Assembly (NCBI GenBank): GCA_965248195.1
Contig: CBDFIQ010000001.1
Location: forward strand, 1,376,001-1,440,000
Direction: 5' to 3'
Origin: Longimicrobiales bacterium
GTDB taxonomy: Bacteria > Gemmatimonadota > Gemmatimonadetes > Longimicrobiales > Gaopeijiaceae
DNA length: 64,000 nt
Below the pieces are notes generated by a model. That model made no database searches and had not been told where the DNA came from. It was given only the letters and a program-made list of their open reading frames with translations. Below are positions 1-10,115 of this stretch, in pieces; within the stretch, counting starts at the first letter, position 1; each line of letters starts with the position of its first letter. A program made the position numbers and the translations under genes.

Positions 1-136
1 GCCTCTTGAGCGATCAAGGCTAGTATCTGGGGACACGATGGGGGGCCGTTCTGTCTAGGTGCGATGGCTGGATGGGACGAACAGAGGGAAAGAACCGCCG
101 GGCTATTCATCGGCTTCTCACCTGCGTATCTTTTCG

Positions 137-502
137 ATGATGCGATCGATAATTCCGCTTGTTTGGTGCCTATCGGCGTGCGGCGGTGTTGAACCCGCCT
201 ACACCATCGAGCTGCTGAACGACTCGCTCCTCGATCCCATTCCAGCAGAGTATCCGGGGTGGTATCTCGACGTAGAATCCTGTCTCGCACAGCTTGGTGA
301 TTTCGACACGATCACGTGGTACGTGGCCGACGAGGTGTTCCTCAATGGCGAGCAGAAGGCGGGTTTCATCAAGTTCCCCAACAAGATTACCATGTTGGCT
401 GACGCCATTTACATCCAAAGCTCCGTCAAGCATGAGATGATCCACCATGTACTTCAGCGCACCGGGCTCCACGGCACGGACGTATTCGATAGGTGCTCAT
501 AG
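137..502 (+). CDS. Small putative lipoprotein with HExxH zinc-binding motif
   Basis: Lipobox-like LSAC after a hydrophobic stretch; HEMIH motif near the C-terminus; start taken at ATG 137. Confidence 0.55.
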   Translation: MMRSIIPLVWCLSACGGVEPAYTIELLNDSLLDPIPAEYPGWYLDVESCLAQLGDFDTITWYVADEVFLNGEQKAGFIKFPNKITMLADAIYIQSSVKHEMIHHVLQRTGLHGTDVFDRCS

Positions 503-563
503 CTAGTTTCTCCCGATGGTGCGCGGGCAAAGCAGCTTAGGCTTGGCGTTCAGGCGAGGTTGA

Positions 564-1343
564 ATGTTCCCGATACGAGACGACAATCCACAGATTCTGC
601 GGCCGTATGCCACGTACGCTATTGTGGCCTGCAACGCGTTGGCCTGGTTCTACTGGCAGGGTGCGGGCATGGAGCCAGCGCTCTCTACGTCGGTTTGTCG
701 TCTTGGCCTCATTCCAGGGGAGTTGCTTCAGAGGGTTCCGGCAGGGACTCAGTTCCCCGTCGGGCCGGGCGCGGTCTGCGTCACGGGCGATACTTCGACC
801 TGGCCGACGGCGATCACGTCGATGTTTCTGCACGGAGGGTGGTTCCATCTCATCGGTAACATGTGGTTCCTCTGGATCTTCGGTAACAACGTGGAAGATG
901 CGATGGGGCACCTTCGCTTCGTCGGGTTCTACCTGCTGTGCGGATTAGCCGCGGCGGGCCTCCAGATCGCCACGAATCCCGAATCGGCCGTACCGATGGT
1001 CGGGGCTTCAGGCGCGATTGGCGGTGTGATGGGTGCATACGTGCTTCTGTATCCGAGGGTACACGTGCACATGCTCATCTTCATCGGATTCTACATCACT
1101 ACGATTGCCGTTCCTGCGTTCCTGATGCTCGGCTATTGGTTCTTGTTGCAGTTCTTGGGCGGGCTGGGCACATTGGGCGCGCAGGGCGGCGGCGTCGCTT
1201 TTTGGGCGCACATCGGGGGTTTTGCCGCGGGCGCGATCCTGATCGCCTTCTTCCGCAACCCCCGTCTGTTGGCGCGGCATCCCTATTACGGCTGGCGACC
1301 ACAGAGGTCCCCAACGCAAAGCTGGCGGAAAATCTCCAGGTAG
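564..1343 (+). CDS. Rhomboid family intramembrane serine protease
   Basis: SMFLHGGWFHLIGNM, GASGAIGGVMGAY (catalytic Ser), AFWAHIGGF (catalytic His). Confidence 0.95.
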   Translation: MFPIRDDNPQILRPYATYAIVACNALAWFYWQGAGMEPALSTSVCRLGLIPGELLQRVPAGTQFPVGPGAVCVTGDTSTWPTAITSMFLHGGWFHLIGNMWFLWIFGNNVEDAMGHLRFVGFYLLCGLAAAGLQIATNPESAVPMVGASGAIGGVMGAYVLLYPRVHVHMLIFIGFYITTIAVPAFLMLGYWFLLQFLGGLGTLGAQGGGVAFWAHIGGFAAGAILIAFFRNPRLLARHPYYGWRPQRSPTQSWRKISR

Positions 1344-1673
1344 CGGCAAGTCTCCAGATAGTCGACAGAGGTTGTCGGCCAGGTAGACTGCCCACTCCAG
1401 TCGTCGCGCTACACGCTCATCGGGGCGACGTCACGTCAAGACCGCGATCAGCACAGCAGTCGTTGGTCGCTGTAGCCATGGTGATACCTGTGAGAGGACG
1501 CCGACCCGGGGGAGGCACACCGAGCGGTCCAATGTGAGGGGCGAGTCGCGGCCGGGCAAATCGGGGTTCGAGTCCCTGGCGGGGCACTCGGAAAGACAAG
1601 GGCTCGAACGGGCATGGAGCCGCGAGTGGAAGGCTGGTGCCAGTAAAATAGCGCTGCCGGAGCGTTGGGGACC

Positions 1674-1762
1674 GTGCGGGCGATCGGAACTCTCCGTATA
1701 ATAGTTTTGAATATTATTGTTGTTGGACGAACGGGTGGGTCGAGGTCACCGTCACCAACTGA
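1674..1762 (+). pseudogene. 3' remnant of a paralog of the gene at 17791-18732
   Basis: Translates VRAIGTLR/(2-nt frameshift)/NSFEYYCCWTNGWVEVTVTN* versus VQSIETLRNSFEYHCCFTNGWVEVTVTN*. Confidence 0.85.
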
Positions 1763-1776
1763 CCGGAGAGTTTCAG

Positions 1777-3165
1777 ATGAGTGGGACAAAAGGACTTCCG
1801 AATATTTGGGTAGCACTCTTTGGTGCCGTGCTCGCGGGAACGATGGCGTTGCCGCAGGCCGTCGCCGCGCAGGACGTAACCTACGCCGACGACGTTGCAG
1901 TCATCGTTCGGGACAACTGCGTGAGATGTCATCGGGCGGGCACGGCTGCGCCGATGGTGCTCGACACCTACGAGCAAGTAAGGGCGTTTGCGCCATTGAT
2001 CAAGAAGGCCGTGGAGACGCGGACGATGCCACCGGGCTGGTATATAGACCGGACCGTGGGGATCCAGGACTTCAAGAACGACCCGTCGCTCTCCGAGCGG
2101 GAGATCGAGACGATCGTCAATTGGGTGGACTCGGGCACGCCGGCGGGCAATCTGGCTCAGCTGCCGCCGCCGCGGGAGTGGCGGGCAGACCACGAGTATT
2201 GGCAGATCGAACAGGACTTCGATTGGGGGCCACCGGACATGATCATCACGTCGCCACCGTTCACGGTTCCTGCCAATAGCGGGGATCAGTGGTGGGAGCC
2301 GGACGTAGACGTGAATGATGTACTCGACACGCAGCTGACAGAGCGCAGGTGGGTCAGGGCGGTGGAGACGAGGCCCGCGGACACTGAGAGCGGATACGTC
2401 TTTCATCACGCCAACACGTTCCTCCGTAGGGAGGAGGTGGAGGACGTGGACGCCGGTGGGCGGCTTTCCGGCTCCGCGGTCGGAAAGAGAATGGACATGT
2501 ATCCGGAGGATTCCGGCAAGATGATCCTGCCCGACGACAAACTCCACTTTTCGCTGCACCTCTTCCCGATCGGGAGGGAAGTGGTCGACGCGCAAATCCA
2601 GGTGGGCGTTTGGTTATACCCAGAGGGAGAAAGGCCACAGTACTCCACGCCCGATGAGATTTCACACAATTCGGGTGAGGCGCGTGATCTAGGCCTGCCG
2701 CGATACACCGATCTGCTCATTCCGCCCCATGGATACCAGATGCTTCGGGGCAACTTTGTGCTCGAGGAGAACGCGCGGGTTCATAGCATACGCGGCCATA
2801 TGCACCTTCGAGGCGGATATCAGATGATGGAGGTGATCTATCCCGACGGCCGCCGGGAGGTCATCAACAAGATCGACTGGAACCATCTGTGGCACACCAC
2901 GCACATCTACGAGGATTGGGCGCAGCCCCTGTTGCCGAAGGGCACGGTGATCATCGCCACCGCCTTGCTGGACAATACGGCGGACAATCCATCCAACCCC
3001 GACCCTGACCAATGGGTGGTCTACGGAAGGAGGAGCGTGAGCGAGATGGCCCACACCCGTTTCGGGATGACCTACATCCCGGATGAGGACTTCGCAGAGA
3101 TGGTCGCGGAGCGGGAGCGGATCCTGAGGGAGCGGGCTCGGCCCGCCGCCGACGGCGGGGGATGA
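1777..3165 (+). CDS. Secreted c-type cytochrome fused to a copper type II (PHM/DBH-like) monooxygenase-like domain, copy 1
   Basis: Signal peptide; CVRCH heme motif; FHHA, GHMHLRG and SEMAH candidate Cu-ligand motifs; close paralog of 18747-20129. Confidence 0.75.
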   Translation: MSGTKGLPNIWVALFGAVLAGTMALPQAVAAQDVTYADDVAVIVRDNCVRCHRAGTAAPMVLDTYEQVRAFAPLIKKAVETRTMPPGWYIDRTVGIQDFKNDPSLSEREIETIVNWVDSGTPAGNLAQLPPPREWRADHEYWQIEQDFDWGPPDMIITSPPFTVPANSGDQWWEPDVDVNDVLDTQLTERRWVRAVETRPADTESGYVFHHANTFLRREEVEDVDAGGRLSGSAVGKRMDMYPEDSGKMILPDDKLHFSLHLFPIGREVVDAQIQVGVWLYPEGERPQYSTPDEISHNSGEARDLGLPRYTDLLIPPHGYQMLRGNFVLEENARVHSIRGHMHLRGGYQMMEVIYPDGRREVINKIDWNHLWHTTHIYEDWAQPLLPKGTVIIATALLDNTADNPSNPDPDQWVVYGRRSVSEMAHTRFGMTYIPDEDFAEMVAERERILRERARPAADGGG

Positions 3166-3339
3166 CCGAAGGCAGGAGGATGTAGGCGAGTAGGAGGGAA
3201 ACCTGCCCGGAGGGCAGGCAGGGCAGCGGTCCCGGGGAGCCCGGCGCGGATTCAGTTCGGCGTCGGGCTCTCTGCCATCGCGCTGGCCCCCCGGTCATCA
3301 TGGAAGCCGTCACACGTATTCGTTGTCAGACGTTATTCA

Positions 3340-3870
3340 ATGGGTAAACCCGTGCCCACGATGAACGCCGAGGCACCCATGGTTCAATATTCCGCACGCC
3401 CCGATCTATCCCGGACGCCCCGCGCCGCATCCGTTTTAGCCGCTATCCTCCTCCTCAGCTCGCTGGCTTGCGGCGGCTCGACCGGCCCCGAGGTGGATCG
3501 TTTGGGTGAGCAACGCGCGCTCTGGCAGGCTCTTGGCCTCAACGACTACACGTACGACGTGCAGCGGATCTGCTTTTGCCCCTTCAGGGAGGGAGTCCGG
3601 GTTACCGTGGTGGACGGCGCCGTAGCCGGAGCCACCGACCTGGCGACCGGAGAGGTGTTGGAGCCCAACGAGGAGCAGTGGTACCTGACGATCGACGACC
3701 TCTTCGCCCTCGTGCAGGACGCCTACGACCAGAACGCTCACGAGGTCCAGGTGGAGTTCGATCCGAGCCGTGGGTACCCAACCCGGATCTACATCGACTA
3801 CTCGGAGATGATCGCGGACGCGGAGTTGGGCTTCACGCTTTTGAGTGAGGTCCGGGCGTCGGAAGGCTGA
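3340..3870 (+). CDS. DUF6174-like lipoprotein
   Basis: Lipobox SLAC; YTYDVQRICFC and TIDDLF...FDPSRGYP...IADAE pattern; start uncertain. Confidence 0.75.
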   Translation: MGKPVPTMNAEAPMVQYSARPDLSRTPRAASVLAAILLLSSLACGGSTGPEVDRLGEQRALWQALGLNDYTYDVQRICFCPFREGVRVTVVDGAVAGATDLATGEVLEPNEEQWYLTIDDLFALVQDAYDQNAHEVQVEFDPSRGYPTRIYIDYSEMIADAELGFTLLSEVRASEG

Positions 3871-3967
3871 CGCTCACCGCCGAAGGCCCCCAGGCCCCTC
3901 GGGCCTCTTCGGTTCGAGTAAGGTGTTTATCCAAGGCATCGAACCTAAAGCCTCGTCATCCCCCAAC

Positions 3968-3994
3968 TGCAACGGTTCCGGAGATCGCTGCGTC
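3968..3994 (+). promoter_or_regulatory. Putative ECF sigma (auto)promoter TGCAAC-N17-CGTC
   Basis: -35 AAC and -10 CGT elements typical of ECF promoters, about 50 bp upstream of the ECF sigma gene. Confidence 0.65.
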
Positions 3995-4043
3995 AAACAG
4001 TCGGGAAACAGCGATACCCGAGCGCGACACGAGGACCCCGACT

Positions 4044-4583
4044 TTGAGCGAACAAGAACTGATCGAGCGGTCTCGCCAAGGCGAGCACATCGCATTCAGG
4101 GAGCTCTACGAAGCCAACGTCGATCGGATCTACCGCCTGACGTACCGAATGGCGGGTGACGACGATCTGGCTCGGGACTTCACGCAGGAGTCGTTCGTGC
4201 GAGCGTACGAGAAGCTCGACCAGTTCCGGGGGGACGCTTCGTTTTCCACTTGGCTTCACTCGATCGCGGTGTCGGTGACGCTCACAGGACTGAGAAAAAT
4301 CCAGCGGCATCGGAAGAGGGAACGGACGCTCGAAGAGACGCCCTACCTCACCGCATCGGCCACGACGCCGGAGCCGGACTTGGGGCGAAGGCTGAAGGAT
4401 GCGATAGATGGGCTTCCCGAGCTCTATCGGACGGTTTTCTTGATGCACGATCTCGAGGGATACAGCCACAACGAGATCGCCACCGCACTCGAGGTTGCGG
4501 AGGGCACGTCGAAGGCTCGTCTCTCCAGAGCGAGGGCCAAGCTGAGGGATATGCTGGGGGATTTTGCCCAGGAGTACGCGTGA
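4044..4583 (+). CDS. ECF (sigma-70 group 4) RNA polymerase sigma factor
   Basis: Region 2 (ARDFTQESFVRAY...FSTWLHSIA) and region 4 (EGYSHNEIA...GTSKARLSRAR). Confidence 0.95.
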   Translation: MSEQELIERSRQGEHIAFRELYEANVDRIYRLTYRMAGDDDLARDFTQESFVRAYEKLDQFRGDASFSTWLHSIAVSVTLTGLRKIQRHRKRERTLEETPYLTASATTPEPDLGRRLKDAIDGLPELYRTVFLMHDLEGYSHNEIATALEVAEGTSKARLSRARAKLRDMLGDFAQEYA

Positions 4584-4593
4584 GGAGCGACGG

Positions 4594-5385
4594 ATGAACG
4601 ACGATCACTGGAACGACCGGCTCGAGGGATTCCGGGAGCAGTACTACGCTCCCCCCGAGACGCCTCGGGATGACATCTGGCACGGCATCGAAGCCGCGCT
4701 GGAACAGGCGCCGCCAGAGGAGGTCCTCACGACCTTGGGAGAGGTATACCGGCGTCCCGCGGCGCCACGGGACGAGATGTGGGTCGCCATCGAAGCCGAG
4801 CTTGGCGCCGGACGGGAAGGCACCGACATCATCGCCATGGGTCCGGCTCGACGGAGCCCGACCCCAAGCAAGTCGGTCTGGCGTCGGCACTGGACGGTGT
4901 TGGCCACGGCCGCCGCCGCCCTGCTCGTCATGGGCATCGGACTCGGTCGGGTATCGGTGAATCGGTCCGGAACAGCCGTCGAGCCGGCGGAAGCGACCTC
5001 GGCGGAGGTGGCCTCGGCGGAGGTCCGTTCGGGCACGATGCGAGTGGCCGCCGCGGACCATTTCTCCCGGACGGAGTCCCTGCTCACGATGGTGAGCTCG
5101 GACGCACGAGCCGCTAGGGTGGACGCCGAGGTAGGACGGTGGGCGCGGACCCGGCTGCTGCAAACTCGCCTGCTGATGAACTCTTCGGCCGCGCAGGATC
5201 CGATGATCCTCGAGCTGATCGAAGATCTGGAGGTCGTCCTCATGCAAGTGGTTAGGCTGTCTCCCGAACTCGACGGGTCACGGAGCGGTGAGCTCGATTT
5301 GATCACCGAGGGTCTCGAGGACAACGACATCATGCTGCGGATCCGGGCGATTCTGCCCGCGGGATCCATTCAAGCCGGAATCTAG
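4594..5385 (+). CDS. Putative membrane anti-sigma factor
   Basis: Directly follows the ECF gene; single TM segment (AAAALLVMGIGLG); N-terminal motif duplicated (PRDDIWHGIEAAL / PRDEMWVAIEAEL). Confidence 0.7.
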   Translation: MNDDHWNDRLEGFREQYYAPPETPRDDIWHGIEAALEQAPPEEVLTTLGEVYRRPAAPRDEMWVAIEAELGAGREGTDIIAMGPARRSPTPSKSVWRRHWTVLATAAAALLVMGIGLGRVSVNRSGTAVEPAEATSAEVASAEVRSGTMRVAAADHFSRTESLLTMVSSDARAARVDAEVGRWARTRLLQTRLLMNSSAAQDPMILELIEDLEVVLMQVVRLSPELDGSRSGELDLITEGLEDNDIMLRIRAILPAGSIQAGI

Positions 5386-5393
5386 GAGGAATA

Positions 5394-6764
5394 ATGATGC
5401 CTACGGGCACAGGGGTGGTAATGATGCCTACGGCCACCCAGCTGATAATGACGGGGGTGGCTTTTCTGGCGACGATGGGACCGGCTCCTGCACGGGGAGC
5501 AGAGGCACCCGAGCTGGCGCCGGTCGTGCTCCAGGCAGATCCGGCGGACGATCTCTACCGTTCCGCACGGCGAGCCATCAACAATCGTGAGTTCCGTGAA
5601 GCGGCCCGGGTGTTCAATCGCCTGCGCCGCGAGCACCGGGCTTCGGTGTATGTGGGCGACTCGTACTACTGGGAGGCCTTCTCGCTCTTCCGGACCGGCG
5701 GCAATGACCGCATGGAGCGTGCGCTCGAGTTGCTCGGCACGCAGGCAGAGGATTTCGCGAACGCGTCCACGACCCCCGATGTGCCCTCACTCCGAGTCCA
5801 GATAGAGGGGGCGCTGGCCCAACTGGGAAACCCCGATGCCGGGCGCAGAGTCGCGGAGCAGGCCTCCCAGTCCTGCGAGTCCGAGGATCAGGAGCTCAGG
5901 ACCATGGCGCTGAGCGCGCTTCTCAACATGAACGCGGAGCGGGCAGTGCCGATCCTGAGGGAAGTGCTGGAGAGCCGGGATGAATGCTCGATCGAGCTGC
6001 GCCGCCAGGCCGTGTTCCTGGTCTCGCAGCACATGACCGACGAGACGGTGGACATCCTGCTGGACCTCGCTCACCGGAACCCGGATCCCGACCGCGAGGT
6101 GCGCGAGCAGGCAGTCTTCTGGCTCTCCCAGGTGGATTCGCCGGAGGCCGTCGACGCCCTCGAGGACATTCTCAGGACGTCCGACGATTCCGAGCTTCAG
6201 GAAAAGGCCATCTTCGCGCTCTCGCAGCACTCCGGCGCGCGCTCCACGGACATCCTCAAGGAGTACGCGGAGCGGACGGACGCCCCGCAGGAGCTGAGGG
6301 AGAACGCCATCTTCTGGCTCGGCCAGAGCCCGGGTGGAGGGGAGTATCTCATGGAGCTGTACTCCAGCGTGGATACGGACGCCCTGAAGGAGAGGATCAT
6401 CTTCGGGGTGTCCCAGTCAGGCACGAGGGCCGATGGGGATTGGCTGCTCGAGCGTGCCCTCGACGAGTCGGAGTCGATCGACATCCGCAAGAACGCCCTT
6501 TTCTGGGCGGGCCAGATGGGCATGGACGTGAGCATGCTCGCGGACTTGTACCTGAGCGTCGAGGACCGCGAGATGAAGGAGCAGATCATCTTCGCGCTCT
6601 CGCAGAGCCCGGACGAGCGCGAGGCGGCAGACCAGCTCATGGAGATCGCCAGGAGTGAGGAGGACTCCGACTTGAAGAGGAACGCGATCTTCTGGCTCGG
6701 CCAGATCGACGACCCGCGCGTGGCGGACTTCCTGCTGGAGGTCATCCGCAACGGGGGGGCATGA
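5394..6764 (+). CDS. Secreted HEAT-repeat protein
   Basis: Repeated RE.AVFWLSQ / EKAIFALSQ / ENAIFWLGQ units; in an operon with ECF and anti-sigma genes. Confidence 0.9.
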   Translation: MMPTGTGVVMMPTATQLIMTGVAFLATMGPAPARGAEAPELAPVVLQADPADDLYRSARRAINNREFREAARVFNRLRREHRASVYVGDSYYWEAFSLFRTGGNDRMERALELLGTQAEDFANASTTPDVPSLRVQIEGALAQLGNPDAGRRVAEQASQSCESEDQELRTMALSALLNMNAERAVPILREVLESRDECSIELRRQAVFLVSQHMTDETVDILLDLAHRNPDPDREVREQAVFWLSQVDSPEAVDALEDILRTSDDSELQEKAIFALSQHSGARSTDILKEYAERTDAPQELRENAIFWLGQSPGGGEYLMELYSSVDTDALKERIIFGVSQSGTRADGDWLLERALDESESIDIRKNALFWAGQMGMDVSMLADLYLSVEDREMKEQIIFALSQSPDEREAADQLMEIARSEEDSDLKRNAIFWLGQIDDPRVADFLLEVIRNGGA

Positions 6765-6799
6765 TGAGACGCGGCCTCGAGTAGGCACCCCCGGCTAGT

Positions 6800-7472
6800 T
6801 CACCGTGCGTCAAGCCATGCTGTGAGCTTTGATCTTTCGCGGACCAAACCATCCTGATTGAAGTGGTGAACACAATAATGCGCCCATGAATCTTCGAACG
6901 CCATTTCCAGATCACCCGTCACCGAGGGTCGTGCCCAGTCCGATTTCTGCGTAGGTAAACTCGAAACTGCCACTAGGGCGTGCCAGCGCAACGTGGAACG
7001 GTTGGCCGTTAAACTCGTTGATTATCGGTCTGCCGCTGCTCGTCATGATGCCCGGTATATCAACCCTTGCGGTTCTCAGTTCCCAGTTCGCTTCGAGACC
7101 TATCGGAAGAAACAATGTCTCGCAGAATTCCGAGCATGTGGACGCGAATACGGAGAAAAAATTGCTCAATGGTTCGCATGCGCCGCCCGAGACGATTGTT
7201 TCAAGTGCAACCCGTTGGGCCTCATCCGCGCGTTCGTCGATAACGATCAGGCGCTTTCCGTTTCCCTCCGCGATTTCCCCGGGCCACTTGTACAGCCCCG
7301 CCCACTTCAGCCCAGGGAGCGGCGTATCGTTGAAATGGCCTTCAGCGAGGTTGCCGACGAAGGCCGACTCACAATAGCCGTAGGTGCTCGCCAAGTTGAA
7401 CTGGCAACCGCAATTCACAGCGCAATTGCAGTTATCATAAGTTTCGCTCTTGAACAGCCATTGATCAGCCAT
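6800..7472 (-). pseudogene. DUF1326 family protein, frameshifted near 6926
   Basis: CNCAVNCGC...C motif, WPGEIAEGNG, DERADEAQR; the C-terminus (SVTGDLEMAFEDSWAHY...) continues in another frame after an extra C. Confidence 0.7.
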
Positions 7473-7749
7473 CTCGCAGATCTCCTCTAAGCCGTCATTT
7501 TGGGTAGGGTCAAGAGGATATGGTGGGACGTAACTGCTGTCCAGGACGACTTCCGTGGAGACCTGGGCGCGCTCCGGAATCAGACTGCGTTCAACATCCG
7601 AGAGCGGGCCGGTAGGCGCGAGCAGAAGCCCAGAATCCGGAGGAGGGCTTTCGGCCGTCGCCCTCATCCTATCTCTTGATGGCACTCGGTCGAGGCTGCA
7701 TTTCAGGCCGGGAGCTACAACTGGGAGGTCGCCGCAAGTGGGGTGGTGC

Positions 7750-10035
7750 ATGAGACGTCGCGGATATCTCGCCGGTTGGACTGCCACAGTCCTCCTTTCT
7801 CCGGCTGTTGCGAGCGCTCAGTCGATCGAAATCCACGGTCCGCCGGCCCCCACGGGCCGAGAGGTCGTCAGCTGGGACGCCGAGGGAAGAGCCACGGTGC
7901 GGGCGACCCGCGCACTGGTGCCCATGTCGATCGACGGGGTTCTGGACGAGCCCTTCTACCGCTCGACCGCCTCGATACCGAACCTCAAGCAGAGTCTGCC
8001 GACGCCCGGCGCGGAGCCGGCGGAGCGCACGGAGACGTGGATCGGATTCGACGACAACAACATCTATGTCGCCGCACGCCTCTGGGACTCAGCACCGGAG
8101 ACCGAGTGGACCGCGAACGAGATGCGGCGCGATGCGAGCACCATCCGGACGAACGACAACTTCGGAGTGTTCCTCGACACCTATTACGACCGTCGCAACT
8201 CGATCGGGCTCTACGTGACCCCGGTGGGCGGCTTCACAGACCTGCAGATGACGAACGAGGGCAGCCCCAATTTCGACTGGAACGCCGTCTGGGACATCCG
8301 CACGGGTCGCTTCGATGGTGGCTGGACCGTGGAAATCGCGATCCCCTTCAAGTCGCTTCGTTATCGAGCCATCCGAGAGCAGGTCTGGGGTTTGCAACTG
8401 CGGCGCTTCCACGTGCGCAACAACGAATGGAGTCACCTCACGACGCTTCCGTTGTCCGTCACGGGAAACGGCCCTTCGGCCATCTTGCGGATGTCGATGT
8501 ATGGAACGCTCGTCGGTGTCGAGGCGCCGGGGGCCAGCATGAATCTCGAAGTGAAGCCCTACGTGGTCTCCGGGCTCCAGACGGATCGGACCGCCAATCC
8601 CGTCGTGGACAACGAGACCCACGCCAGGGCGGGCCTGGACGTCAAGTACGGGATCACGGAGAATCTCACCGCCGATCTCACCTTCAACACCGACTTCGCG
8701 CAGGTCGAGGTGGACGAGCAGCAGGTCAACTTGACGCGCTTCAGCCTCTTCTTTCCCGAAAAAAGGGAGTTCTTCCTCGAGAGCCGGGGGAACTTCGAGT
8801 TCGGGAGGGGCGGGAGCAGGGGCGGCTTCGGTGGAGGCGGTGCTCCGACATTGTTCTACAGCCGACGGATCGGGCTCCAGAGTGGCCGGCTCATCCCGAT
8901 CATCGCCGGGGGGCGCGTGACGGGGAAGGTCGGCGCGTTCGACATTGGGCTGGTCAGCTTACAGACCGACGACGAGCCGAACGTGAGCGCCGAGTCGACG
9001 AACTTCAGCGTGGTGAGAGTTCGCCGCGATGTGTTCGCCCGCAGCAGCATCGGGGTCCTCTTCGGCAACCGGTCCGCCTCGCTGGTCTCCAGCGGCGCGA
9101 ACCAGACCTACGGCGCGGACGCCTCGTTCTCATTCCTTCAGGACGCTTATCTATCGGGGTACTACGCCGGGACCGCCACGGAAGGCCTCAACGGGCACGA
9201 CCAAAGCTACCGGGCGCAAATGAGCTATGACGGTGATCTCTGGGGGGCGCGGCTCGACCATCTGCTGGTGGGTGACGACTTCAATCCGGAGATCGGGTTC
9301 GTGCGACGTGGCGGGTTCCGGCAGTCCGCTGCCTCCGCCTACTGGAGTCCCCGTCCCGGGGTCCGTTGGATACGGCAGCTCAGCTTCTCGGGGAGCTTCG
9401 ACTATTTCGAGAATGATCGGGCCGGGTTCGTGGAGAGCCGCAATGGAGGCGGGCACTTCAGCATCGAGCTCGAGAACAGTGACCGGTTCTTCGCGGGCGT
9501 ATCCGACAGGTACGAGAACCTCCCGGTGGCTACCGGGATTTCTGGCGCCACGATCCCCGCCGGCCGGTACTCGTTCCGTGACGTTCAGGTGGGCTACACC
9601 TTCGGCTCGCAGCGACGAATTTCTGCCGGGCTATCGGTGCGCCGGGGCACGTTCTACACGGGCGAGATCACGTCGGTTAGCCTGAGTCGCGGTAGGATCG
9701 AAGTGCTGCCGCAGCTGTCCGTCGAACCAGGTATCACACTCAACTGGCTCGACCTCCCGGATCAGCAGACGTTCGCCGGCGAGTTCAATCAGCACGTGGT
9801 CACGACGCGCATCACGTATAGTTTGACGCCCCGCACCTTCTTGAGCGGCCTCGTGCAGTACAATTCGCGGGGCGACCTGCTCAGCGGCAACTTCCGTCTG
9901 CGCTGGGAGTGGGCTCCCGGCAGCGAGCTCTTCCTGGTCTACACGGAGGAGCGCTTCACGGAGACCCTCGACCGATGGGGGGACTTGGAGAACCGAGGCC
10001 TGGTGATCAAAGTGAACCGGCTGCTGAGGTTCTGA
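7750..10035 (+). CDS. CBM9-like / DUF5916 outer-membrane protein
   Basis: IDGVLDE, DWNAVW...GGWTVEIAIPFKSLRY, NTDFAQVEVDEQQVNLTRFSLFFPEKREFFLE; ends in Phe. Confidence 0.88.
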   Translation: MRRRGYLAGWTATVLLSPAVASAQSIEIHGPPAPTGREVVSWDAEGRATVRATRALVPMSIDGVLDEPFYRSTASIPNLKQSLPTPGAEPAERTETWIGFDDNNIYVAARLWDSAPETEWTANEMRRDASTIRTNDNFGVFLDTYYDRRNSIGLYVTPVGGFTDLQMTNEGSPNFDWNAVWDIRTGRFDGGWTVEIAIPFKSLRYRAIREQVWGLQLRRFHVRNNEWSHLTTLPLSVTGNGPSAILRMSMYGTLVGVEAPGASMNLEVKPYVVSGLQTDRTANPVVDNETHARAGLDVKYGITENLTADLTFNTDFAQVEVDEQQVNLTRFSLFFPEKREFFLESRGNFEFGRGGSRGGFGGGGAPTLFYSRRIGLQSGRLIPIIAGGRVTGKVGAFDIGLVSLQTDDEPNVSAESTNFSVVRVRRDVFARSSIGVLFGNRSASLVSSGANQTYGADASFSFLQDAYLSGYYAGTATEGLNGHDQSYRAQMSYDGDLWGARLDHLLVGDDFNPEIGFVRRGGFRQSAASAYWSPRPGVRWIRQLSFSGSFDYFENDRAGFVESRNGGGHFSIELENSDRFFAGVSDRYENLPVATGISGATIPAGRYSFRDVQVGYTFGSQRRISAGLSVRRGTFYTGEITSVSLSRGRIEVLPQLSVEPGITLNWLDLPDQQTFAGEFNQHVVTTRITYSLTPRTFLSGLVQYNSRGDLLSGNFRLRWEWAPGSELFLVYTEERFTETLDRWGDLENRGLVIKVNRLLRF

Positions 10036-10115
10036 CTGAGGCTTCTTCAGCCCGTCTCACCAGGGACTGGCCCGCGCCATTGCTGTTGCAGTGTGGCGAC
10101 TGGAGCCGCCCCGCA

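Noticed and set aside
1500..1590. Complete tRNA gene
   Set aside because: Only a T-arm and 3' acceptor-like strand are present; no consistent cloverleaf or anticodon arm.
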